DNA of 64,000 nt from Verrucomicrobiia bacterium (lineage in GTDB: Bacteria; Verrucomicrobiota; Verrucomicrobiia; Limisphaerales; UBA1319), in NCBI GenBank assembly GCA_963664225.1, contig OY760937.1, forward strand, positions 1,472,001 through 1,536,000. Reading direction: 5' to 3'. The notes under the pieces were generated by a model. That model searched no databases, had not been told where the DNA came from, and saw only the letters and a program-made list of their open reading frames with translations. Numbering within the stretch: position 1 is the stretch's first letter; each line of letters opens with the position of its first letter. Below, one piece after another: positions 10,314 through 21,346 of the stretch. A program made the translations under genes and the position numbers.

Positions 10314-10656
10314 CTTGAAGAACACCTCGATTTGCCAGCGGCACTTGTAAAGATCTGCAATGCTCTGCGCGCGCCACTCCAGGTTGTTGGCCAAAAACTC
10401 CATCTCCACGTCCTTGCCAGCGACCTCGATCAGCGCTCGGACCCGGCGCATGAGACACGGATAGGCCTTCTGCGATGAGTGTGTGGTGGCCTCCACCAAT
10501 TCGTCGGGCAGAATCTTGCCGTTGGCCCCGTTTTAATAAAGTTTAACCACCTTGAATTTGTGGCTGGTCTTGGTTCGGGTGACCCAAAAGACCTCATGCA
10601 GGGCCAAGTCGGCCAAGTGGCCGAAACATTGAATCCAGATAGGACCCTCGAACTGG

Positions 10657-11091
10657 CTATTTTCCAGTAGTGTTTAGCTGTTTACGAGCTTGCATTTCAA
10701 CCAAGTCAGCTTCCAAAGCTGCTTTCTCTGTTTGGTTAAGATGTCCGTCATGATTCAGATCATGTTTCTTAAACAAACGCGCAGCCTCGGTGTTGGGATT
10801 ATCCATTTGCTTTTGTTTCTTGATCTTCAGGTAATATTCCTGGCGGGCACGTTTCCATGCTTCACGTTCGTCCGCATCAAGTTTGCCATCCCCGTTCTTA
10901 TCCCATTTAAGTAATTCTTGCTTTCGGCTTTCTAAAAGCGCCTTTCGCTCTGAAAAACTAATATTTCTGTTTTTGATCACATCATATGCACCAAACTCTG
11001 CAATCGCAGGTGCTTCCTGCGATTGAAGCAATGATGTAAAGAAAAACAGAATGCCTGCTGCTATTAATACACTTATTTTTAACATATACAT
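10657..11091 (-). CDS. Secreted EF-hand calcium-binding protein
   Basis: N-terminal hydrophobic signal. Two EF-hand loops: DKNGDGKLDADE and DLNHDGHLNQTE. Confidence 0.8.
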   Translation of the reverse strand: MYMLKISVLIAAGILFFFTSLLQSQEAPAIAEFGAYDVIKNRNISFSERKALLESRKQELLKWDKNGDGKLDADEREAWKRARQEYYLKIKKQKQMDNPNTEAARLFKKHDLNHDGHLNQTEKAALEADLVEMQARKQLNTTGK

Positions 11092-11239
11092 GTTTCATTT
11101 GTTTGACTCTGCTTAACAATAACGGCCTTTCAATTTGTATTATGCCAATGTACATTAAGTGGAGACATTATTACATTTTATAAGACGCTTTTCCAAGGCA
11201 ACTTACTAATCCCCATATTCTAAAAAGCCTATTTTGCTT

Positions 11240-12007
11240 TTATATATTGATACTTACTATACGACCTCCATCCTTTTTAGATAACATTGGATCAAACGAA
11301 CCAGCCCTATATATCGTTTGCGCATGAATATTCCACGATAACATGGACATTACATCTTCACATAATAGTACAGACTTTGATACATAACGAAAATATACAG
11401 TTTTTGAGTATCCTGTTGCTATTTGCGCTTGAGAATTATTAGATTTCATATTGGCCCAGCATTTCTTCACATCAACGTATCGCACACCTGTTGCTAACAT
11501 GTGAATTATTTCGCGATATATATTCTTTATTAGAGATTCTTTTATTGCTATGAATGTTAACTGTTCTGCATCATGTAAGCAAATAAACATTCCTCCAAAA
11601 CGAGTTAATACATCTGTGTAATTTGAGCTGGCGGCATCCGCTGCGCATACTCTTTGAATTAACGACATTGCAGAGTCCGATTTAATCATTACCTCTGGAC
11701 AATATATAAGAAGATCAATTGGAGGATTACGACTGATTTTTGAAAGAAAGGAAAATAGCGCTTCACGTTTGGAATGCTTCATCAAGCCATTCAATATGGG
11801 CTCGCCAGGAACAATAGATGATCTTGGATATGACACCCGGCTTTCATAAATCTTATTCCGTACTGCATAAAATACGTCAGTACAATCTATCCTGCGAAAC
11901 AACTGCGAAAGATCATCAGCCATTGAAATTGGCCACATTTTCAAAAGTTTGTTCTTTGATTCAACGGTATATGATATTGCACATTGTTTCAACATATGAT
12001 GCTTCAC
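11240..12007 (-). CDS. AT-rich hypothetical protein, candidate Rhs immunity protein
   Basis: 255-aa ORF in visibly AT-rich DNA, co-oriented with and just downstream of the Rhs gene. No recognised motif. Confidence 0.5.
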   Translation of the reverse strand: MKHHMLKQCAISYTVESKNKLLKMWPISMADDLSQLFRRIDCTDVFYAVRNKIYESRVSYPRSSIVPGEPILNGLMKHSKREALFSFLSKISRNPPIDLLIYCPEVMIKSDSAMSLIQRVCAADAASSNYTDVLTRFGGMFICLHDAEQLTFIAIKESLIKNIYREIIHMLATGVRYVDVKKCWANMKSNNSQAQIATGYSKTVYFRYVSKSVLLCEDVMSMLSWNIHAQTIYRAGSFDPMLSKKDGGRIVSINI

Positions 12008-12244
12008 TTTGTTTAATCACTATAATCAATCACTGGCGGTCACGCCAGCTACTTGTACGAACCATAGCTTTTCTATTGAAATACATAATTTCAATTACGT
12101 TGTTGTTATCAATCGTTTTATTAGTCCGTGTGTGCTTCTAATGAATACCCAGAGGCGGCACCGCCTTCCCCGTCACGCTTTATCTGACCTGATCTTCGTA
12201 TCGTTAACACACCGTCGACTATGATTATTGACTGTAGATACTCT

Positions 12245-15200
12245 TTAATCACTTCCATCTCCGCGATTATTTCCAATATTGCCCATTATTCCGTTTATTG
12301 CGTAAAATGGAACCATTGATCCAGATTCTATTGACATTTCAACTGACATTTCAAACATCGCATCTTCAGCTTCCTTTCGATTGCCCAACATTGCTGCGGC
12401 CATAGCCTTTTGGTATAGACCGCTATCGACCGCAGCATTTAGACAACTAATTCCGGCAATACCAAATCCAATTGTTGCAATTGGCATCAGGGCGCCAGTC
12501 CCGCGCTGAAAGAATACTTTACCAGAAGCGTTTCTATTTCGTGCGCTTTTCATGTTATCATATAAATGTATGTTTGGTGTATTCCCATGAGCAGCATCAG
12601 TAAGATCAATGCGAAATATTTTTCCGGTGTACGGATCTTTTTTCCATACTCCATCACCTAATCCTTTGACACTGATTAAATCATCATATTTTGTTTTGCT
12701 ACCAATATTCGACAAAAAACTATTTATAGCTGTTTTTATCCATTCTTGCGTTGCATGTCCTAAACTGTCATACGCATTTTGAGGTCCGTTTTTGACATGC
12801 ATGTACAAATTTGGCTCGCCTGATTGTTCCATATTTCCCCGTGAATCAAGACTCAGCCATCGTCCATACGTTGGGCTGTAGTATCTGTATCCGTAATAAA
12901 CCAAGCCACTTTCTTCATCCCAGTATTTGGTGGACCAGCGGAAAGGATTGGTCCTGGCCATTGGCCCTGTGGCACGGATAAGTTCGCCGAATGGCGAATA
13001 TTCGTATTGGGCCGCTGTGGAGGCATCAGCAGCATTCACCAAGGCCATGACATTTCCATTGCCGTCATAAGCCGGGTAATAGTTTGATCCGTTCGCATTA
13101 TCGGCGACCAGAACCAGTCCTCCAATCCCTCCGGCCCCGTCCATCGTATGGCTCATGTCCAGGCCCCATGTATAGGAGCGCACCAAGGCGTTGTTGGTTG
13201 CATTGAATTCGCCGATCAAATTCCAGCCATCATAAAGGAATCGGGTATTCCGGCTCAAAACGTAACTGCCGTTATTGGTGGATATCTTGCTCCAGATTCG
13301 ACGTCCTTTGTAATCGTATCCAAACTCCAGCTTCCGCTTGGCTGCGTTGGGCAATGCGCTGATGCTCTCAACTTTCGTCAGCCGATTCTCCGCATCCCAA
13401 GTATATCCCCACAACCCATCCTGTTGTAGGTTGCCATCATTATCATACACCAATGTGGCCGACGACGGAGCAATCAGAAGATTACCCGTTGCATTTGTTG
13501 CACCAGCGACCGTCACGGATTGCCACAAAGCCACCCCAACATTGTTAACACTCAACTCGGAATGGTAGTATTCCCCCTTCCGATCTGTGGCCTGCCCATT
13601 CACTGTGATCGTGACATTCGCGTAGGCCACGCCACACACATCCTTATAACTGGGTATCGTGATACCGGTATATTGGTTAAGCCCATTGACCGTGAAGGCC
13701 GTTGGTTTGAGGTTTTGACCAGAGGCATCACCACCACTCCAATTGGTTCTCAGATTGCCGATGTTATCGTAGCAATATTCGTATTGCTGACCTGTCACCG
13801 GTTTGAAATCCGACCAATAGCGTTTGCCTGAAACGACCTCGTTGCGGTCATTATAATCATACGCCCACGCCGAACCGTCGGTCTGGGTGGCTCGCGTTCG
13901 TCGATTCACGGAATCATAAGTATAGACGTGACTGCTTACAGACCCCGTAGAGTTATTGGCAATGGAATGTAGTCGTACTCCATAATCCCATGTCCTAACC
14001 GTTGTGAGTTTTGACGAGCCACTGTGTTTGAACGAGGTGGTTGCCAGCAAATCTGCATTGTTCTGGTATGTGTATGTCGCGGAATCCACCCCCGACGAAG
14101 CGCTACTCATCCGCCCATAAACGTCATAACCATAAGTCGAAGTCAGCAAATCTGTGCTATTGAGCCGAAGTTTTATCCAGTCTCGCCCATACGACGCATC
14201 ATAATGGTTTGTTGTTGAGAGATTTAAGAATGTTCCCGCCACACATCCGTCCCCTGTCGGACGCCCCAGAATATCGTAGAACAGCAAATGATTTCCTGTG
14301 GCGTCGCTGACAACAAACGGCAGACCCGCACGATTGTAACTGGTATATGTCTCATTGGTATAGGCGATTGGCGGTGTTCCATCCGAATAATTGACCGCTG
14401 TCAAATCACCGTACTCGTTATACAGATTCGTTGTTGTCACTCCGCGAGACCATTGGCGCGTGCTCAACAGACCGTTATTTTGATAGGCGTATTTTACTGC
14501 GTGGCCCGATTGGTCCACTTTGTTGGTAAGGTAACCGGTTTCAGCCTGATACAGCCACTTGTTTGTATCGCACGCAACACCTGTTCCAGGCCAGGTTGAG
14601 TTAGCCCATTGAGACCCGCCACGGTAAGTGTGCAACTCAACCATATCACCATATGCATCATAGATTCTCTCTTCGGGATAAGGCACCTCTCCCCAGGTCC
14701 GTGACAATTCACCCCGGGCGGTATATTCATAAAAGGTTTTTTTACCGTTCGCCGCCGTGGTGCATTTGATCTGGCCTGCATTGAGATGCGTTGCCGGATA
14801 ATATTCGGAGGCCGTGCTCATCCCCGTGTAATCCACGGTATTGGTGATTTGACCCGTAACCGCGTCATAGAAAGTGCGGCTCGATGCTCCCTGAGGATTG
14901 ATCGTTTGAACCTCGCGCCCCAATTCATCGTAATAATGCCATATATAGCCAGCAACGGTTGGGGTGTTTTCCTTTTGCAAAAGGTCATTAACCTTTACTG
15001 TGGTGGCGTCTTGAACCGACTGGGCCGTGTTAAGAGTCTCGGTTGTACGTTTTTTGGTGCGATCAACCGTAACAGTGCTAATAGTCAGGTTATTAAAAGC
15101 ATCCCATTGGCTGGTTTTCGAAATTTCGGTCGCGCTCAGGTTATTGACTTGGTTCTCGACAACACTCGTCACGGAAGGAGTTGAGTCGTTATAGGTCAAA

Positions 15201-18200
15201 AACGTTAGATTTGTCGTCACTTCATACCAGACATTGGCGATTTTCTTGAAGTAAGTGTCGGTCTGACCTATTCGATCTTCTGACACGGGATCTGTATAGA
15301 CGAAAGAATAATTCGGTTCAGAACTGTCATACTTTCGAAGCGTTTGACGCCATGGCCGCTCCAGACCATTATATTCGGTTACGGCGCGACCCAAATCATT
15401 TGTGGTAATTTTGGTTACGCGGTAACCTTCCGGCATCGCTTTGTAGACTGTGTAATTTCCCTCCAATGAATAGCTTGGCCGTTCCTCATATATCTGGTTA
15501 TCGACCCAGTCGATTCCGATTTTAACATATCGGCCAGAATTCAACGCTCCGATTTTCTTGATTGTATAATCTTGAACACGACCCATGGAATATTGCCAGT
15601 CCAGTTCATAGTCGTAATACTCGGCAATGGTGGATGTGCCGGTTTTCGATTTCAGCCGTCCATCCAGATAATTAGTGAGGAGCAACGTTGCGCCTCCAGG
15701 CAGGGTGATATTTGTTCCCGATGAGTTGGCCGGATAGGCAAACGTGGTCACGCGACCGTCCGAATTCGTCTGAGACGTAAGTCTTCCCGTTTTGTCAAAT
15801 GCCGAGGCATTCACCATGGATAACAAGCCTGCGGATTGGGTTTCGCTAAGCGTTCGACCCGAGGCGTCATATATATAGGTGGTAATCTGGTCCGATTGTG
15901 AAGGATAACCATCCATTGCTGAGATGCCCTTGATCGTGCAGGTTTTTATGCGGTTAAGCGTATCATAAGTGTAAACTGTTTCTTTGCCAGTCTCATCCAT
16001 TTCGGAAAGCAGAAGACTGCCATCCATCACATTGTTTCCACGGTAATCCGCAGAATAGGTGATGCGTGACGAACCTGAGACAGGGTCCATGCGTGTGATA
16101 TTCGTGGTATGTCCTAACGTGTCGTTTGCGAGAACCTCCTGGTAAAGCAACTCAAACACTGGTTCGCCCCATGCATTGGTGCCAGAGCAAGCATATTTTT
16201 CCCTTAAAACGGGAAGCCCTTGCGAATAAACAGTGGTTTCTTTCCAACTTTGACCCACATAATAATACAACAAACGATCGCATACATGGTCTTCCATCGT
16301 ATAAAGCTGTACGCCAATGTTGCGGTAAGTATCATTTTCTAGGCCGTAAATATCCATCGACTCCAAACCGCAGTAAATGATGGTTTGACGTCGATCTGGA
16401 TTGATGACCAAAGAGGCGTCGCTCGTGTAGAGATGGTTGTTGGGATCATAGGAAAAAACCCGCGTCGAAGGATTATAAGAACCATGATCGTAGTAATAAT
16501 ATTGGACCGGTTCACCGCTTTTCGAACATTCCAAAGGATGATCGGCGAGACCCCAAGGTGCGGTTGGGGCAAAGAATCTTCGGTAAACACCTACACTCAA
16601 AGTCATATCCTCGCATATTTTCTTACCTTCAAATCTTTCCAGAGTATCTCCAGCATCAGGAGTCTCATAATACAGTTCCTCGCGCATCCAGAAATCATAA
16701 CCGGTCTCATTATTAAATAGGTACTGTTCGTTGTACATTGGCACGCCCTGCTCCGAGTAAAATGCATACTGTGTTTTATGAGAATTTGATTCATCGGCCT
16801 CCTGGGGCGTTAACGGGCTGTCTTTCCATGGTCTAAGGACTTTACCCAAGGTTCCTGGCTCACCTGAATCCCAACCGTTGTATATGCGCTTTTCCCAGGT
16901 TCCATTTGGATTAAAAACATATTTTACGCGACCTATTTCGTACAGCTCTCCTTCCGTGTAATATTCCATTCGCGTAGATAGATTGGCCCCGTTTGGATCA
17001 AGGCGGGTTTCCACAAGGTTCCAGCCCCAAGGAAACAATTCATATTTTTCAATGCTCTGGGATGAAATCTGGCCTCCGTAATATTTGACTTCCACTGTCT
17101 CAAGTCGATTGCTGCGCGCAGGTGAAACGCTTGTGTTCGAAACGAATGAAACCAACCGTGTTTCTATTTTTTGCTCATTGCCTTCTCCCTGTTTTAAAGT
17201 CCAAAGGCTTGAGGCTGAGTTGAATTCAAGAATGTTGGTGCGGGACCAACCGTTGCGATTTTCAATGATATGCAATCGGTTGCTGATTGCCGGATTATTG
17301 TCCGGATTCACCACCTGCCAGCTTACAAAATAGTTTCCCGAGATATTGGTGTAAATCCCCTGGCCGTTTGTCTGGCTGCCTACCTGCGAAGGATGGTAAA
17401 ACTTCAGTGAGTATTGGTTCGTTCCCGGTACGATTTCGACAAATGCCTGTGGCGCTTTGACCTGGCGCAATTCTCCAGACATCTGATTTGTAATCACCAA
17501 TTCCACTTGGCTGCGGATATTCGTGGATTTGCACGTATAAAACAAATTCGAAGGGGTGTAAACCGAGGCAAACAAACCATTGTTAAGCAGCCGAAGCTTT
17601 CCAGCCGAATTGTTGTCCAAAAGATGCCCCAAGCTGACATTCCATTCAATCTGGGAACGGTTTGTAGAAAGACTCATTCCTGGTCCAAGCTGCAGGCTGG
17701 AGCCATCACCCGGCGCTCTATCCGGTTCGTTGCTGTCATCATCAAGTCGCCAGCGCGGACGAGCATCCCACCGTATTTCGACTTTCCATGAATTGCTATA
17801 ATACCCGCATGAATTTGTGTAATTGAAATCTGATAACGTGCCCCCTTCCACATCGTTGATTAAAAACTTGATGTTGTTGGGGAAATTATCGCGAACTCTC
17901 CGAGCATCCATCAGACTCACTCCCGCCATGGCCGTCAAATCACATTGAATATAATATACATTGGACCCTTGAACCGTCAGCTGAAATGGCTTATAGAAGG
18001 GCATTTCAACAGAAGCCGAATTGGTATTGGTCACCGTATTATCACACCCGCCCCCGTATCCAATGATGTTTGTTTGCGAAAAACTAACCTGATAACTGCT
18101 ATTGCTCTCCGCCATCACCTGTGATTGCACCTTCATCAACGCAAACAAAGGATCCTCAGCCCAGGAATCCCACGGCTTGGAGGCTTGAACTTGATTAGCT

Positions 18201-18298
18201 CCAAAGACCAGACCACATACTAAAACAATTAGCCGGGTCGCTTTAATACAAATAGAACGGTGATATCCCGCCATCGATACAATTGCATCCATATTCAT
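12245..18298 (-). CDS. Rhs/YD-repeat polymorphic toxin with N-terminal signal peptide
   Basis: Many YD repeats. Rhs-associated core YDGNGNV...YEYSPFGE...NPFRWSTKYWDEESGLVYYGYRYYSP..GRWLSLD...NLY..VKNGPQNAYDSLG, followed by a ~170-aa variable tip. RBS-like AGAGGA upstream. Confidence 0.93.
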   Translation of the reverse strand: MNMDAIVSMAGYHRSICIKATRLIVLVCGLVFGANQVQASKPWDSWAEDPLFALMKVQSQVMAESNSSYQVSFSQTNIIGYGGGCDNTVTNTNSASVEMPFYKPFQLTVQGSNVYYIQCDLTAMAGVSLMDARRVRDNFPNNIKFLINDVEGGTLSDFNYTNSCGYYSNSWKVEIRWDARPRWRLDDDSNEPDRAPGDGSSLQLGPGMSLSTNRSQIEWNVSLGHLLDNNSAGKLRLLNNGLFASVYTPSNLFYTCKSTNIRSQVELVITNQMSGELRQVKAPQAFVEIVPGTNQYSLKFYHPSQVGSQTNGQGIYTNISGNYFVSWQVVNPDNNPAISNRLHIIENRNGWSRTNILEFNSASSLWTLKQGEGNEQKIETRLVSFVSNTSVSPARSNRLETVEVKYYGGQISSQSIEKYELFPWGWNLVETRLDPNGANLSTRMEYYTEGELYEIGRVKYVFNPNGTWEKRIYNGWDSGEPGTLGKVLRPWKDSPLTPQEADESNSHKTQYAFYSEQGVPMYNEQYLFNNETGYDFWMREELYYETPDAGDTLERFEGKKICEDMTLSVGVYRRFFAPTAPWGLADHPLECSKSGEPVQYYYYDHGSYNPSTRVFSYDPNNHLYTSDASLVINPDRRQTIIYCGLESMDIYGLENDTYRNIGVQLYTMEDHVCDRLLYYYVGQSWKETTVYSQGLPVLREKYACSGTNAWGEPVFELLYQEVLANDTLGHTTNITRMDPVSGSSRITYSADYRGNNVMDGSLLLSEMDETGKETVYTYDTLNRIKTCTIKGISAMDGYPSQSDQITTYIYDASGRTLSETQSAGLLSMVNASAFDKTGRLTSQTNSDGRVTTFAYPANSSGTNITLPGGATLLLTNYLDGRLKSKTGTSTIAEYYDYELDWQYSMGRVQDYTIKKIGALNSGRYVKIGIDWVDNQIYEERPSYSLEGNYTVYKAMPEGYRVTKITTNDLGRAVTEYNGLERPWRQTLRKYDSSEPNYSFVYTDPVSEDRIGQTDTYFKKIANVWYEVTTNLTFLTYNDSTPSVTSVVENQVNNLSATEISKTSQWDAFNNLTISTVTVDRTKKRTTETLNTAQSVQDATTVKVNDLLQKENTPTVAGYIWHYYDELGREVQTINPQGASSRTFYDAVTGQITNTVDYTGMSTASEYYPATHLNAGQIKCTTAANGKKTFYEYTARGELSRTWGEVPYPEERIYDAYGDMVELHTYRGGSQWANSTWPGTGVACDTNKWLYQAETGYLTNKVDQSGHAVKYAYQNNGLLSTRQWSRGVTTTNLYNEYGDLTAVNYSDGTPPIAYTNETYTSYNRAGLPFVVSDATGNHLLFYDILGRPTGDGCVAGTFLNLSTTNHYDASYGRDWIKLRLNSTDLLTSTYGYDVYGRMSSASSGVDSATYTYQNNADLLATTSFKHSGSSKLTTVRTWDYGVRLHSIANNSTGSVSSHVYTYDSVNRRTRATQTDGSAWAYDYNDRNEVVSGKRYWSDFKPVTGQQYEYCYDNIGNLRTNWSGGDASGQNLKPTAFTVNGLNQYTGITIPSYKDVCGVAYANVTITVNGQATDRKGEYYHSELSVNNVGVALWQSVTVAGATNATGNLLIAPSSATLVYDNDGNLQQDGLWGYTWDAENRLTKVESISALPNAAKRKLEFGYDYKGRRIWSKISTNNGSYVLSRNTRFLYDGWNLIGEFNATNNALVRSYTWGLDMSHTMDGAGGIGGLVLVADNANGSNYYPAYDGNGNVMALVNAADASTAAQYEYSPFGELIRATGPMARTNPFRWSTKYWDEESGLVYYGYRYYSPTYGRWLSLDSRGNMEQSGEPNLYMHVKNGPQNAYDSLGHATQEWIKTAINSFLSNIGSKTKYDDLISVKGLGDGVWKKDPYTGKIFRIDLTDAAHGNTPNIHLYDNMKSARNRNASGKVFFQRGTGALMPIATIGFGIAGISCLNAAVDSGLYQKAMAAAMLGNRKEAEDAMFEMSVEMSIESGSMVPFYAINGIMGNIGNNRGDGSD

Positions 18299-18332
18299 TG
18301 GCTTCCTCTTATTTGTTTGATTCTTGAATATA

Positions 18333-21266
18333 TTATGGCTTCAAAGGCGTAAATACGCGAACTTCCTGACTTCCATTTAATCCATTCATCGAATTATAGG
18401 TTTGCCAGGAGGTTGCGTCATCACCCCCATTTCCGTTTCCATTCCTGTCCTCCAAATAATCCGGGACTCCGTCCCCATCCTGGTCGTATGGATTTCCGTT
18501 GGAATCCGCGGCAACATAATGAAAACCGATATCGACCACGGTATTGGTCTCTTTAAGGTTGCTTGTCTGGGTCGTGTAATGGAATAGAGTCGCGTTGGTC
18601 GCATTGCGGCTCCCCTTGTTGATCAGATTGGTTGATGACTGATAAAATCCTCCATACGTGCCTGTCGCGTAATTAAAGGATGCCAATGTAATGTTCTGAA
18701 GGCCACCCAAGCTCGTAGGCGTATTGAGATAACCGTTGTATCCACTCCCTCCTGAGGTATTTACGCATGTCAGCGTGCAATTGTCGAACAGGTTATCGTA
18801 TATCGCCCAAGGGTATGTGGTGACAGTGTTGTTCGCCGTCATCGAAGACTCGATAAACGTGTTGTTATAGCAATAGAAGTTCAAGGGCGCGGGGCTTCCC
18901 ATATACCCTTCTGCTATGGTCATACTCACGCGTTTGCACAGATTATTAGTCCAGCACACTGCCCCCATGTCAGAAGTGGCACTAAATAGCCAGTTGCCGT
19001 GCACAAGCTGACAATCACTTATGGCCATTCGGTTTAAATGGGTCAGGGCAAAAAAGCAACTGGCACCACGGCTTTTGGCATTCATTACTGTAAACCTGAG
19101 GAACATGTTTACTCCCGTGCCCGACTGCATCCACACGGCCCTCTGTCCAGTGGTTGGGTCAAACTGGTCTGATCGATCCTGCGCCCATTGATAATGCACC
19201 AGGCGGTTCATGCGATCCGGTGTGCCTTGACTGGCGAGGACCGATCCAGTCTGCAAGATGAAACCTGAAGTGCCAAAATAACCAACAGCGACACCATTGG
19301 TGAGTGTGAGCGTGGCGTTCGTCAGATACAAATTGCCCACCATGTAATCCACCGGATCAAAATGGAATCCCAAATCAGGGATGTCCGTATCACGCTGGGC
19401 CTGCGGATTAAGCACGGTATCAACGGATATGGCCGTGGAAATTGTGTTGGTTAGCATCACTGGGGCATAGGTCGTTCGCGTCCGCAAATCTTTGAGCAAA
19501 TTGGAATTGATGTTCGTTGTTCCCAAGTTGCGATAGGTATTGTCGGCCAGATAACTTCCGCCATCCATGAATAATTGAAACACATTCGTGCTGCTGGCGG
19601 TCGCGCAATAATTGGTATTGAATGCAAACCCATTGGTTGTGCACTGGACGAACAGACTGTTGGTGACGTTCAAAGTGGCTGACTGCCCGCCTGCAAATGT
19701 GGTGGAGACGGTATTTGCAGTGGCGTGTTCAACGGAACAGACATTTACTCCGCTGGCAAAGATCAAGCAGGAACCAACATTATCGAACAATACATTTCGC
19801 AAATAGTTAGTCCCCCCAGCGAAAGTAAAGGCGGTCCCCGTGCGATAGAACTTTGAATGGCTGTTCGTGTTGATGTGGCTCGCCGTATAGGAAATCCCCG
19901 TACTGAGGTGTTTGAAATACAGATACTGTAAATCCGCATCTGCACTGACGGTCATTCCGTTGCCATAATAACCGCTCGGGGATCCTGTTGAGCCAGAGAT
20001 TGTGTCCCCAATTGTGTTATCATCCTTAGCCGTGCATATTATTGGTCTGTAAGCAGTTGTGTCTGTTTTGACTGGACCGGAAAAACTCAATCCACTTCCA
20101 CTTGAGTATTTAATGACGCACCCCCCTTCGAGGATCGATGTTCCACTAAATGTCACCGTTGTATTGTTCGTTACAAAGTAGGTCGTATCCCCACGGAATG
20201 TGAAGTTGTTCGTGCTGCCTAACAGAATATAATCAATGACCACTCCTGCATCCAAGCGAAGGCCTGATTGCGCCATCAAAAGGGGTGATTTGGCTTTTGC
20301 CGTCTGGTTGACCGGTGGATATGTCCGGGATTGGGTTGGCGACGGACTCATGGCAGTACGAATTGCCCTTTTCGTCTCTGGCAGTTGCGAAAATTGCTGC
20401 CGAATGGACTGATACTCCACCCCTTCAATCATGAAAGTGCGACCATCCGAGTTTCCGAAATGTTTACCCACCTCAACCCCTTGATTGGGATCATCCTCGT
20501 CCGTCAGTTTGAAGGCCCGGCCTCGTCCCGTGCGCATCGCTCCAAAATCAAGTTCCTCATCCTTAAAATCAGGATTCACCAGTACCTGCTGACCTAATCT
20601 TTGTGTGTAATGTTTGAGGACCGCCGTCGTCTTGTTAGGCACGGGGCTCTCGTAAAACTCAGTCACCACTTCCAACCGGGTTGTATCTGAAGGCAATCCG
20701 AACTCCTCGGGAGCTGGTGGTTGCTCCTGAAGGATGATATCCTGTTCAAAACCAGCTTTGGTCACGGTGTATCGAACTGTCGCCACAATGTTTGAAAAGG
20801 CGTTGGTATAGATAACCTGATTGGCTCCCAGGACTGCGCCCTGGCTCTCTTTCACTCCCCCTATCCACACAGACTGCCCGCTGGCCGCGTCATAATATGC
20901 CAATCCCACCGGCGAGCTCCGCATTCGCTTACCGTCAGGAGTCAAAAGGTCAATCGCGCCCAGTGTTTTGAGATTGGGGGCAAATATCACCTTGTGCTGC
21001 GTGTGCTGAGCGATAGCGCCATCGGGGTGTATCTCAATCTCATCGTTTGCATCAACCCATTGACCATTCTCCTGATAACACGCACCGGTTTGCAATTCCA
21101 CGTAACTGTTCGTGCTCCACAATGTCTCTCCCGACGGTCCCAACTCAGACATCACTGATTCCCACACCCGGTGATGAGGCCCACGCTCAACCACGACGGC
21201 GGTCTGGCCATGAAGAGTCAATGCGGAGATAAGGAGGGTGAGGACACTAATTGCGTGTTTATTCAT
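18333..21266 (-). CDS. Large secreted protein (beta-helix-like middle, Ca-binding DxDxDG tail) upstream of Rhs
   Basis: Signal MNKHAISVLTLLISALTLHG. N/T-rich repeats, an internally repeated DxGFH(F/Y) motif, DQDGDGVPDYLEDRNGNG, C-terminal VFTPLKP. Ends 34 bp before the Rhs start. Confidence 0.8.
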   Translation of the reverse strand: MNKHAISVLTLLISALTLHGQTAVVVERGPHHRVWESVMSELGPSGETLWSTNSYVELQTGACYQENGQWVDANDEIEIHPDGAIAQHTQHKVIFAPNLKTLGAIDLLTPDGKRMRSSPVGLAYYDAASGQSVWIGGVKESQGAVLGANQVIYTNAFSNIVATVRYTVTKAGFEQDIILQEQPPAPEEFGLPSDTTRLEVVTEFYESPVPNKTTAVLKHYTQRLGQQVLVNPDFKDEELDFGAMRTGRGRAFKLTDEDDPNQGVEVGKHFGNSDGRTFMIEGVEYQSIRQQFSQLPETKRAIRTAMSPSPTQSRTYPPVNQTAKAKSPLLMAQSGLRLDAGVVIDYILLGSTNNFTFRGDTTYFVTNNTTVTFSGTSILEGGCVIKYSSGSGLSFSGPVKTDTTAYRPIICTAKDDNTIGDTISGSTGSPSGYYGNGMTVSADADLQYLYFKHLSTGISYTASHINTNSHSKFYRTGTAFTFAGGTNYLRNVLFDNVGSCLIFASGVNVCSVEHATANTVSTTFAGGQSATLNVTNSLFVQCTTNGFAFNTNYCATASSTNVFQLFMDGGSYLADNTYRNLGTTNINSNLLKDLRTRTTYAPVMLTNTISTAISVDTVLNPQAQRDTDIPDLGFHFDPVDYMVGNLYLTNATLTLTNGVAVGYFGTSGFILQTGSVLASQGTPDRMNRLVHYQWAQDRSDQFDPTTGQRAVWMQSGTGVNMFLRFTVMNAKSRGASCFFALTHLNRMAISDCQLVHGNWLFSATSDMGAVCWTNNLCKRVSMTIAEGYMGSPAPLNFYCYNNTFIESSMTANNTVTTYPWAIYDNLFDNCTLTCVNTSGGSGYNGYLNTPTSLGGLQNITLASFNYATGTYGGFYQSSTNLINKGSRNATNATLFHYTTQTSNLKETNTVVDIGFHYVAADSNGNPYDQDGDGVPDYLEDRNGNGNGGDDATSWQTYNSMNGLNGSQEVRVFTPLKP

Positions 21267-21346
21267 AGGGTAGAATATTGACGGACAATTAACGCGAACC
21301 AGCAGGAAGAAACACCGCAGGACCAACCTTCCTGCACCGACTTTAA

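Larger units (their letters stand above)
9126..10660 (-). pseudogene. IS4-family transposase pseudogene split by a group II intron
   Basis: 5' part VFWVTRTK...(stop)...EFLANNLEWRAQSIADLYKCRWQIEVFFK ends at 10314. 3' part resumes at 9357 with QILQLADFLGNSDNAVRWQVWTALLMYLLLRY. Contains the YxxRWxIExFFK (YREK) motif. Confidence 0.85.

Noticed and set aside
12245..18298. T6SS effector assignment
   Set aside because: No PAAR, VgrG or EagR nearby, and the protein has a Sec-type N-terminus.
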